IMG/VR virus record: IMGVR_UViG_3300017739_000002
From: an uncultured virus (IMG/VR IMGVR_UViG_3300017739_000002)
Lineage: Duplodnaviria; Heunggongvirae; Uroviricota; Caudoviricetes
Length of the DNA stretch: 20,000 bases
Direction: 5' to 3' (one strand)
The position numbers and the translations under genes were made by a program. Shown here piece by piece: positions 1 through 8,300 of the stretch. The notes beneath the pieces are model-generated. The model worked only from the letters and a program-made list of their open reading frames with translations, did no database searches and was not told where the DNA came from. The first letter of the stretch is position 1. Every line of letters begins with the position of its first letter.

Positions 1-789
1 TACATCAAGTGTTACCCTACAGTGTGTTTTACTTGATAGTATTTTTTCAGGATTGTCAATAAGTTTACTTAAAGGTATTGTTCTATACTTTGGTGCATCT
101 GGCCATTGTACAAATTCAGGTTGTCCTCCCCATTCTAAAAACATAAGACCACGTTCATCGTCCCATGCATCTGAGTAATTGTGTGGGAAGGCATTGCCTG
201 TGTAAATGACGTTGCCATCTTGCTGTCGTTTGTGGAAGTGTCCGGAAAATACAAATTCTGGTTTTCTGAGATCATCAGCTTTTAGCCCATGTCCTAGATC
301 AGGCATTTGTACCATTGCGTTCATATAGAACGAGGGGAGTTCAAAATGGCCAAACATGTATCGACATTCCACATGTTTTAATTTTTTCCATTCATCATCA
401 ACTAACCACGGCACTATGGCAACGTCGTCTTTGACAAGTATATCATCTGTAACAACATGAATATTATCATATTCATCTGCCATTGGAATACTATGGATCT
501 CTCGCTTCTCACGATAATATAAATCGTGATTACCCATAATCATATATACTTCGTCAAAACTTTCACTCAACCGACGTAAGTTACTTACTGTATAGTTGAG
601 TGTAGATACATTGATTGTCGCCCTATGATGATGCCAATCTCCCATGAATATACACTTACGTATACCACGTTCATGGGCCTGGTTAATCATCCATATAATA
701 AAATCTTCACAGTCTTTGTTATGAAAGCGACTATTATTCTTCATACCAAAGTGAATGTCTGTAAAGACCACTACTTTATCGAATAGCAA
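1..789 (-). CDS. gp47: T4 gp47-like recombination nuclease subunit (Mre11/SbcD metallophosphoesterase), truncated by the left window edge
   Basis: Not in the ORF track. Manual translation from TTG at 789 gives MLFDKVVVFTDIHFG...FMGDWHH...IMGNHD...FGHFE...FSGHFH, the full set of phosphoesterase motifs. RBS AAGGAA lies at 801-796, and the gene follows gp55 as in T4-like phages. Confidence 0.93.
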   Translation of the reverse strand, partial: MLFDKVVVFTDIHFGMKNNSRFHNKDCEDFIIWMINQAHERGIRKCIFMGDWHHHRATINVSTLNYTVSNLRRLSESFDEVYMIMGNHDLYYREKREIHSIPMADEYDNIHVVTDDILVKDDVAIVPWLVDDEWKKLKHVECRYMFGHFELPSFYMNAMVQMPDLGHGLKADDLRKPEFVFSGHFHKRQQDGNVIYTGNAFPHNYSDAWDDERGLMFLEWGGQPEFVQWPDAPKYRTIPLSKLIDNPEKILSSKTHCRVTLDV

Positions 790-792
790 ATC

Positions 793-1629
793 TTATTCCT
801 TATTTGGGTTTGTGGCTTGCCTTGCTTCCCACTCTGCATTAAATGTTCGTGTAAAACTAGGGTTAAGTCCTTCTTCTTCTAATAAGTCGTCTCTGATGTT
901 TTGATTACGTTTTTCTAAATTGAGAACACGGGTAAAACTGTTATTAACAGCCGCCGTATAATATGCAAATGGGTTTTGACTCTTAGCTTCGTTAAATTGT
1001 AATCCAATTTGACTTAACTGAAGAATAGCCTGCCCACGCATCTCATCCACATACGTATATCCACGCCAGTTACCACGCATACTGTATCTATGGCATAGCA
1101 TTAGATACATTTTTGCTAACTTATCGTTTGTCTTACCATGTGTAACACAGAAATGACCATCTGTCAAGTCTCCTTTCCAGTGGCTCCGTACTACTTCTTT
1201 CCAGTTATTACCAACAAGTGCATAATGCTTAAATGGTGGGAAGTTTACCTTTGTATGGTGATCTGCCTCGGTTTTGGGTGTGTTCTTCCTATCTTCTCTA
1301 GGAATATGTTCATATGTATTGACTCTCATTACAAGTTCTTTTTCAGTAATTGTATTAGGGTCAATAGCAAATTCAGCGGCTCTTGGTTTACGTTTTTTAT
1401 CCCATAATCCCTTCTCCCACTGTAATACTGCTTCTTCATGTGCTAATTTTTGTAATCTTGATGCTCTATTCTGTTTTGCTTCTTCAATTCTATCGTTTGT
1501 TATTTCTTCAACATTATCTAATATTAAATCATAAAAATAATAATTGTCATCATCACAGTAGCAATAGGTCATCTTAGACTTGTGTATTTCTAACAACATG
1601 TCTCTATTGTTTAGGTAATTTCTTGCCAT
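793..1629 (-). CDS. gp55: T4 gp55-like late transcription sigma factor with a large insertion
   Basis: NYLNNRDML, NDKLAKMYLML..RGNWRGYTYVDEM and FNEAKSQNPFAYYTAAVNNSF match recalled T4 gp55 segments ([50 protein letters not shown]). It is adjacent to gp47, and TATAAATA promoters occur in the window. Confidence 0.88.
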   Translation of the reverse strand: MARNYLNNRDMLLEIHKSKMTYCYCDDDNYYFYDLILDNVEEITNDRIEEAKQNRASRLQKLAHEEAVLQWEKGLWDKKRKPRAAEFAIDPNTITEKELVMRVNTYEHIPREDRKNTPKTEADHHTKVNFPPFKHYALVGNNWKEVVRSHWKGDLTDGHFCVTHGKTNDKLAKMYLMLCHRYSMRGNWRGYTYVDEMRGQAILQLSQIGLQFNEAKSQNPFAYYTAAVNNSFTRVLNLEKRNQNIRDDLLEEEGLNPSFTRTFNAEWEARQATNPNKE

Positions 1630-1655
1630 TGCTATTCCTTATCTGTACACCTTAC

Positions 1656-1684
1656 ATTGTATACGCTAAGTTATTGATTGTCAA
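1656..1684 (-). promoter_or_regulatory. Sigma70-type promoter for gp55-gp47
   Basis: Minus strand TTGACA (1684-1679), 17-nt spacer, TACAAT (1661-1656), then RBS AAGGAA (1640-1635) and ATG at 1629. Confidence 0.85.
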
Positions 1685-1698
1685 GCACTTTTCTTGAG

Positions 1699-1706
1699 TA
1701 TAAATA
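1699..1706 (+). promoter_or_regulatory. T4-type late promoter TATAAATA
   Basis: Exact gp55 consensus upstream of SD AGGAG (1713-1717) and ATG 1724, at the head of the structural gene string. Confidence 0.85.
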
Positions 1707-1723
1707 CAATATAGGAGAACGAA

Positions 1724-2332
1724 ATGCGATATTCCGATTTATTAACCGAAGCAACCACAAATCGTGTCACTGTTTTTTATGGTGGTAGATTTCAACCCAT
1801 GCATAAAGGACATTTTGCATTATACCAGAGTTTAGCACAACGCTTTGGTGCTGACAATGTATTTATCGCCTCCACTTTTGGGCAAAAGCAACAGGCTATG
1901 CATAAGTCTGGTGACTTTACTACTGATCCTTTTACGTTTGAAGAAAAGGCAAGTATTGCAAATGAAATGTTTGGTATTCCAACTGACAAGTTTGTAAACA
2001 CACTACCTTATAGACCTGAACAGGTAAAAGTAGGGAGAAGTGATTCAGAATATGCATTAGTACTTGCATTTAGTGAAAAAGACGCAGGACGTCTTAAATC
2101 TGGAGGTGTACTTGCACCATTACCAGATGACACAAGCAAATTACAGACACCAGATGAGAATCGTGTATACTTTGTAACAATGCCAGTAAATGAAGGTGGC
2201 ATGAGTGCAACAGATTTTCGTCAAACAATGGCAAGTGAAAAACCTGAAGCAGAAAAGAAAAAAGTGTTCCAAGCGTTTTTTGGTCAAATGAATGAACGTG
2301 TATTTAAGTTTATTGAAAATAGGTTAACATAA
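1724..2332 (+). CDS. HxGH nucleotidyltransferase (cytidylyltransferase/NMNAT/PPAT-like superfamily)
   Basis: FYGGRFQPMHKGH signature, DPFTFEEK segment and C-terminal MSATDFR (SxT/SxxR-like motif); strong SD. Confidence 0.85.
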   Translation: MRYSDLLTEATTNRVTVFYGGRFQPMHKGHFALYQSLAQRFGADNVFIASTFGQKQQAMHKSGDFTTDPFTFEEKASIANEMFGIPTDKFVNTLPYRPEQVKVGRSDSEYALVLAFSEKDAGRLKSGGVLAPLPDDTSKLQTPDENRVYFVTMPVNEGGMSATDFRQTMASEKPEAEKKKVFQAFFGQMNERVFKFIENRLT

Positions 2333-4224
2333 TGGCAGATACATATCCTCAGGGTAAAACCACCGTAACTAAGAAAAAGGTAGTAGGTACTATTTCAGGC
2401 CTTAACATGTACACTGTTAAGAAAGAAGATCCTGCGTACCGTGATATAAAAGCCAAATTAGTTGCTAAAAGATTAAAACGTTCAGGTATTGATGTACGTA
2501 CAAAAGATAATCCTGATGGCAGAATGATTCCAACAGGATATACAACACGAGGCGATATTCGTCTAGTAGATTCCCAAAACACATCACCTGACTATCCTGA
2601 CGGTAAGCCATATGATTATCCAAAAAGCCGTAGTATTCCTGGACACAGTTATCTTAAAAGAAGGCGTGATGAAGGCTATATTGACACTGTTGCCACAGGT
2701 AGATATAGATCCGGAATCATCGAAGGAACAATTGAACCTGTTGAATCAGCCAAAGGATCTACCTATAATGTAGAGAAAAAAGAAGTTTCAGTAGAAGTAG
2801 AGGTGAAGAATACAGGTGCCGCAAAAACTGACCAACGTGGCGGACAAGGCACAAGTGATGATAATAAGGATGCTATAGCCGCCGCAGAAGAAGAAAATGC
2901 TATAGCAAGTGGAAGTTCACTTGATGGTTCAGGTGGAGCACACATACCTTCTGGAGGAATTACTCCAAGACAACAGGACGCACTTTCTGGTAGAGGAGAA
3001 TTTGCTCCTGACTCAGAATTTGAAGCACCACCAGGCTCACAGTACGAATCGCAAATCGATGTAGAAAAGGATCCGAATAGAGCACCAGTATTGGTGTTTA
3101 ATGAACTTGATGAGGCGGGCCAAAGAATACCTAATACAGGTGGCATTAAATATCTCACAAAAGAAGAGGCGATAAAATTAAATGAAGAAGGTTTAATTAA
3201 AGACAGTTTACTTGAAGATCATATAAAAATAATTGATGCTCAGAACAAACTAGCTGATAAAGGTGAGTTTCCATTTGATAGAGAGAAATATATTATTACA
3301 CCTGATGGTAAATTAATACCTAAGAACAATGTATCTAAAGATGCAGATGGTAATTATAGAGATATTACAACTGGCAGTGCATTCACAGGATTCGATGGTG
3401 AAAATGTCACTAAAGAAGAAGTAACAAATCAACCAAGAGGACCAAGAGTAAAACAAAGTATTGCTGGTGTACCTGGAGAACATAAAGTTAGACTATATAC
3501 AAAAAATCCTTCATGGTTAGAAAAAACATTAGAAACATTAAAAAAGACTGGCAACGGAATTGTATTTCCATATACGCCAACAATAAACGTCAATCATAGT
3601 GCAAACTATGGAACATATGATATTAATCAAAGCGTTGAACAACCACACTTTTATAGTATGACTCCTAATGTGTCACTTCAGCTGACTGCTGTATTCACAG
3701 CAAACACTCTAACAGAAGCAGAGTATATGCTTGCATGTATGCATTTTTTACGCACAGCAACTAAGAGCGATTTCGGGGCATATAACAATGGACTTAGAAG
3801 AACTGATGCAGGCACACCGCCTCCCGTTCTAGTTTTTAATGGTTATGGAACAGAAATGTTTAACAATATTCCTGTAATTGTTAGAAGTGTAAACTTTACT
3901 TTACCTGAAGATGTAGATTACGTTTCAATACAAACACAAGCGGCACAATTTTTGGAAGGTGGATTTGTAGACGTAACTAACCTAGATGCAAATGGTAATA
4001 ATATACAAAATGAATTACAAACTCAGGATAATGCCGGTGGCGATATAACTGAATCTTTTGAAAAACAACCAGACGTTAATATTCCAGCTGAGTCATCAAC
4101 AGTACCAACAAGTATATTGTTTAGTATTGACCTTGCACCACAGCATCCACCTGGCCAGTTACGTGACGAGTGGAACTTTAAAGACTATGCGTCAGGAGAC
4201 TTATTGAGGAAAGGTTATATCTAA
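2332..4224 (+). CDS. Baseplate/tail-tube initiator-like protein (gp48/gp54 or CIS tube-like C-terminal domain) with a long N-terminal extension
   Basis: The C-terminal part (IVFPYTPTI..HSANY..; HFLRTATK; GTPPPVLVFNGYG..FNNIPVIVRSVNFTLPEDVDY) resembles tube-fold baseplate proteins. It lies immediately before the LysM/gp53-like gene. Confidence 0.65.
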   Translation: MADTYPQGKTTVTKKKVVGTISGLNMYTVKKEDPAYRDIKAKLVAKRLKRSGIDVRTKDNPDGRMIPTGYTTRGDIRLVDSQNTSPDYPDGKPYDYPKSRSIPGHSYLKRRRDEGYIDTVATGRYRSGIIEGTIEPVESAKGSTYNVEKKEVSVEVEVKNTGAAKTDQRGGQGTSDDNKDAIAAAEEENAIASGSSLDGSGGAHIPSGGITPRQQDALSGRGEFAPDSEFEAPPGSQYESQIDVEKDPNRAPVLVFNELDEAGQRIPNTGGIKYLTKEEAIKLNEEGLIKDSLLEDHIKIIDAQNKLADKGEFPFDREKYIITPDGKLIPKNNVSKDADGNYRDITTGSAFTGFDGENVTKEEVTNQPRGPRVKQSIAGVPGEHKVRLYTKNPSWLEKTLETLKKTGNGIVFPYTPTINVNHSANYGTYDINQSVEQPHFYSMTPNVSLQLTAVFTANTLTEAEYMLACMHFLRTATKSDFGAYNNGLRRTDAGTPPPVLVFNGYGTEMFNNIPVIVRSVNFTLPEDVDYVSIQTQAAQFLEGGFVDVTNLDANGNNIQNELQTQDNAGGDITESFEKQPDVNIPAESSTVPTSILFSIDLAPQHPPGQLRDEWNFKDYASGDLLRKGYI

Positions 4225-4511
4225 TGACAACAATTTATAGACCTGATAGTAATTTCAGAAATAACAGAATTGTTAATGGTAAATATCTCAGTATAACAGA
4301 TGAACTTGTTTCTAACAAAGCAGATGTAGTTACAAGCCCTCTGATTGTTGAAGCAAAATACGACCAAAGACCAGATGTTCTAGCAAACGATCTTTATGGA
4401 AATTCAAGACTTTGGTGGGTGTTTGCAGAATTTAATCAAGACAAATTAGTTGATCCTATCCTAGATCTAAAAGCAGGTATGGAACTTCAAGTTCCAGAAA
4501 AATTCTCATAA
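4224..4511 (+). CDS. gp53: Baseplate wedge protein, gp53/P2 gpX LysM-like
   Basis: YDQRPDVLANDLYGNSRLWWVFAEFN...DLKAGMELQVP motif; gene order. Confidence 0.8.
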   Translation: MTTIYRPDSNFRNNRIVNGKYLSITDELVSNKADVVTSPLIVEAKYDQRPDVLANDLYGNSRLWWVFAEFNQDKLVDPILDLKAGMELQVPEKFS

Positions 4512-6358
4512 TGTACAAAACAAATATAAATGGAAATTGGAACAGTAGTGTTAACCTTGCTGGATATAAACTTACGTTATATCTTGTTAAGAAACCATTG
4601 TGGAATTCACCAGATGCTCTTGCTAACGATAGTGGATCTATCCAAAAAGGTGATGCAATTATTATTGCAGAGACTGGTGCAACTACAGTTTTTAGTATAG
4701 ACAATGTAAACCTAACAACATTTATTAGAGGTGGACAAAAGAACGTAGATGCATCTACGGGTGTTGTACAGTTTCAATTACAAGAAGTATTAGGATTTAA
4801 TTTTCTTGATAAAATTTTAGCAGTATCATCTATATTTGGATTTTCTACAATAGCAAGTGCAAATTATGTATTAAAGGTAGAGTTTGTAGGTAGAGATCCT
4901 GAAACTGATTTACGTGTGCAGTATCCTAATATTTTCCTTTATAGTTTAGTATTTCAGGAGATACAAGCAAGTGTTTCTGAATCAGGAACAACATATGATA
5001 TAATTGCACTTAACAATCAACGTATGGCAAAATATCAATCAAGTGTTTATACAAATGTTGAAATTCAAGATTTCACTACCGTTGCAGATTTTATTAAAGC
5101 AACAGAACGTGCATGTAACAAATATGAAGAAGACATGAGCAAGCAGGATCAAGGTAATCCACAGCCAAGAAAGCATTGGAAAATTAAATTAGCACCTGAA
5201 CTTGCTGGTATTGAACGAGAAGCCGTAACTGCTGACACTCGTGTTGATCATGGATTGAGAGTAGCGGCTGGTATGGCCCGCTCATCAGTAGCATCAATAA
5301 ACTTAGCAGAGAGTCCAATGCAAGGTACAGGTGATACTGGTACTGCTACAAAAATGACACAAAATGAAAAAGGTACTCGTGATGCTATTATAAATCAAAA
5401 CACAAACGTTGCTGATTATTTAGAAGTTATGATTACACGAAACAGTCCAGTGTTTAATCAGTATTCAGCAAAACAGAAAAAATTAATTGGACAGGTACCA
5501 ATAATTAGAGCAAGTACAGAAGTAAAACAACTTGACAAGAATGATCCTAGAACTAACACTCCAGAAGTTGAGATTACAATTACAGTAGGTTTATTCAGAG
5601 ATTCAACACACCCTGATGTAGACGCAAAGAAACAAGAAGAACACATTACAAATAAACAAAAACAGCAGACTTATGCTTCAGCAATATCTGAGAGTATTGT
5701 TAAAAAATACTTTTGGTTATACTCAGGACAAAATACTGAAGTCATGGGTTTTGATCTAAATGTAAATAACACATTTTTTATTGCACAAGATCCTAACCAA
5801 GGACAAAATTATCCTGAAACAAGTCAAATGAAAGTGCCTAGTCAACCACTTCGTGCAACAACTATTGCACCTGGACAACGTGCATTCCTAAGTCAAATAG
5901 AAGTAGATCGTATTCCTATTGAACGTGTACAGTATGGTGTTGAAGCAACAGGTAGTAAAGCACAGAATACAAATGAAGAAACTGGTACTGCATTAGATGC
6001 GATGCATGATAGAAATATGGCAAGGCGTGAAGAAGACTTCTTAAATATGACATTAGAAATTAAAGGTGATCCATTCTGGATGGGTACAGGTACTACTATC
6101 TCAGGTACTGAAGTACAACTCCAGGACTTACAAAACTCTACAATCTATATTGCCTTTCTAACTTATAGACCAGAAGAAAGTGTTGCATATACAGAAAATC
6201 AAAGAAGAGGTGGGTTGGATACTGCGGCAAGTGGAATATATGAAGTTTTTAAAGCAGATCAAAAATTAGCAGGCGGACAGTTTACACAGACGTTATCATG
6301 TATTAGGAATAGAAACTTTAGTACATACCTAATGCAAAATGAACTGGAGAATTTATAA
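4511..6358 (+). CDS. Putative baseplate hub protein (gp27/gpD-like)
   Basis: 615 aa, between the LysM-like gene and the spike. C-terminal LEIKGDPFW and SGIYEV......GGQFTQTL are typical of the hub beta-barrel end. Confidence 0.65.
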   Translation: MYKTNINGNWNSSVNLAGYKLTLYLVKKPLWNSPDALANDSGSIQKGDAIIIAETGATTVFSIDNVNLTTFIRGGQKNVDASTGVVQFQLQEVLGFNFLDKILAVSSIFGFSTIASANYVLKVEFVGRDPETDLRVQYPNIFLYSLVFQEIQASVSESGTTYDIIALNNQRMAKYQSSVYTNVEIQDFTTVADFIKATERACNKYEEDMSKQDQGNPQPRKHWKIKLAPELAGIEREAVTADTRVDHGLRVAAGMARSSVASINLAESPMQGTGDTGTATKMTQNEKGTRDAIINQNTNVADYLEVMITRNSPVFNQYSAKQKKLIGQVPIIRASTEVKQLDKNDPRTNTPEVEITITVGLFRDSTHPDVDAKKQEEHITNKQKQQTYASAISESIVKKYFWLYSGQNTEVMGFDLNVNNTFFIAQDPNQGQNYPETSQMKVPSQPLRATTIAPGQRAFLSQIEVDRIPIERVQYGVEATGSKAQNTNEETGTALDAMHDRNMARREEDFLNMTLEIKGDPFWMGTGTTISGTEVQLQDLQNSTIYIAFLTYRPEESVAYTENQRRGGLDTAASGIYEVFKADQKLAGGQFTQTLSCIRNRNFSTYLMQNELENL

Positions 6359-7575
6359 TGGCATATCAAAGTACAAATAGTAGAACACCTGAGAAAGTTA
6401 AACAGGGTGGACTTGGTGGAGTTAATCTTCTAAACGGTGTATATGTTGGCACAGTAGTTGCCAATGATGATTCAATTTACACTGGTAGAATTAAAGTACA
6501 CTTTCCTGAATTTGGTTCAGGTGGTGCGCCATATCATGTTTTATTAGTTACACCATTTGGAGGTTACACAAGTCCTAAAGAAGCAAGTGGTGATCCAACA
6601 CAGTATGGTGCAGATGAGTCAGTAGAGGGTGGTGCTCCAAAAAGTTACGGCATGTGGCCACAACCACCGGCTATAGGTACAGAAGTTATATGTGCATTTA
6701 CATCAAGACATAATGTTGGATACCTCTTAGGAAGTGCTATAGGTATTGATAGAAACCATATGATGGGCGGTAAAGCAAGTGCATTAAACTATGCACAACA
6801 AGGCACCATTTTACCAGTATCTGAAAAAAATCCTTATGATCAAAACGATCCAGATACTAAACCAGCTGATCCAACAGGAAGCCAAAAACTAATTGATCAA
6901 GGATTAGAAAACGACTTTGTACGTGGACATAGTATGAGCAGTGCAAGACGTGAGTCACCTAGTAGAGTTTTCGGACTTACAACATCTGATGGCCATGTTA
7001 TTTCAATGGACGATGGTGATGCAGAAGGTAATAGTAAAAATATTAGAATACGCACCAGAGGCGGAGCCCAAGTATTAATGGATGATGCAACACAAATTGT
7101 ATTCATTACAAATCATAATGGTAATGCATATATTGAAATGGACGCTGATGGTAGAATAGATGTATATAGTCAAAAAGATATAAGTTATCATGCTGAAGGT
7201 GATTTTAATCTTCATGCTAAAGGTAATATTAACATGCAGGCAGACAACGGTGTACAAATTAAAAGTATTGGTGCAGACGGAATTAAAGTTGAAGCAACTG
7301 CTGGCGACTATGATTTATTTGCCGCTAAAGATTTTAAATTTGAAGCAGGACAAAATGGAAATATGATTGCGGCCGGTAACTATAAAGAACAGGCAGGACG
7401 TATTGATATGAATGGTCCTGCACCAACACCAGCAACTAAAATTGAAATGAATCAATTAGTTGAAAACACAAATGTACTTGAAAGTGCAGGTACTAGAGTG
7501 CCAGAGCACCATCCGTGGAAAGGTGCTACAGGAGTACAAGAGAAATTTAATGTTGCAAAAGGTAATACAAACTAA
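6358..7575 (+). CDS. gp5: Baseplate central spike (gp5/VgrG/gpV-like) without a fused lysozyme
   Basis: OB-fold motifs YVGTVVANDD..TGRIKV and GMWPQPPAIGTEV; SSARRESPS; beta-helix-like repeats (GHVISMDD, GRIDVYS, GDFNLHAKGNINMQA); C-terminal VPEHHPW. Confidence 0.85.
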   Translation: MAYQSTNSRTPEKVKQGGLGGVNLLNGVYVGTVVANDDSIYTGRIKVHFPEFGSGGAPYHVLLVTPFGGYTSPKEASGDPTQYGADESVEGGAPKSYGMWPQPPAIGTEVICAFTSRHNVGYLLGSAIGIDRNHMMGGKASALNYAQQGTILPVSEKNPYDQNDPDTKPADPTGSQKLIDQGLENDFVRGHSMSSARRESPSRVFGLTTSDGHVISMDDGDAEGNSKNIRIRTRGGAQVLMDDATQIVFITNHNGNAYIEMDADGRIDVYSQKDISYHAEGDFNLHAKGNINMQADNGVQIKSIGADGIKVEATAGDYDLFAAKDFKFEAGQNGNMIAAGNYKEQAGRIDMNGPAPTPATKIEMNQLVENTNVLESAGTRVPEHHPWKGATGVQEKFNVAKGNTN

Positions 7576-8300
7576 TGGAATTTAAACTCTCTTCAATACT
7601 TACAGAACAGGATCTAATAGAATTTGACTTATACACAAAAAAGTCTGAGTCAATGGTTGATGATCTTAAGGATTTAAAAAACCTTGAAGCAAGTTCACAA
7701 CTTATTAATTTTTTAATCCGAGAACAGGAATGGCAAGGATATCAATATGGCAGTGGACTTGTAATTGGATATGGTACATCAGAAAAAATTAATGATATTG
7801 GACTTACAGAATCTGAAGCGTTTAGTTTTTGGATAGATAAATTTAAGTTCACAGAAAGAAAATTTAAAGGTATACTTGGAAACATTTCTCAGTTGACACA
7901 GACACAATATGATGCTATGCTTAGTTTATATTATCACACTGGAGATATTTTTAGTGTAGGAACAGCATCACGCAAGTTTCAAATACAACAATACATTGAA
8001 ACAAGACAATGGCAATGGTATGCTTCTGCACTAATATTAAGTGGCTTTCAACGCAACATTAGGCAGGGTGAAGCCAAGATAATGATGCTTGGTGATTACG
8101 GTAGAAATAAAGATAGAAGTATAATTAAGGCTGAGGGTATTCAAAAGATAAGACAATTATATCCTAACAGATTTATAAACGACATAGCAAAAGAACAAGC
8201 AGAGTATGTTTACTATGCAGAAACCAAAAGGTTTCTGCCCAAAATGACACAAACAAGAATGAGGCGTATAGTGGCACTATACCAGGAGAACAATGCCTAA
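7575..8300 (+). CDS. Lysozyme-fold (GH24-like) baseplate-associated protein, catalytic motif degenerate
   Basis: VIGYG, LTESEA, LTQTQYDAMLSLYYHTG and RQGEA resemble phage lysozyme motifs (TIGYG, LTQNQFDALVSF.FN.G, RR..E); directly after gp5. Confidence 0.7.
   Translation: MEFKLSSILTEQDLIEFDLYTKKSESMVDDLKDLKNLEASSQLINFLIREQEWQGYQYGSGLVIGYGTSEKINDIGLTESEAFSFWIDKFKFTERKFKGILGNISQLTQTQYDAMLSLYYHTGDIFSVGTASRKFQIQQYIETRQWQWYASALILSGFQRNIRQGEAKIMMLGDYGRNKDRSIIKAEGIQKIRQLYPNRFINDIAKEQAEYVYYAETKRFLPKMTQTRMRRIVALYQENNA

Noticed and set aside
1135..1569. Intein or intron explaining the gp55 insertion
   Set aside because: No C-terminal HN-C/S/T splice junction or LAGLIDADG motif, and the frame is uninterrupted.
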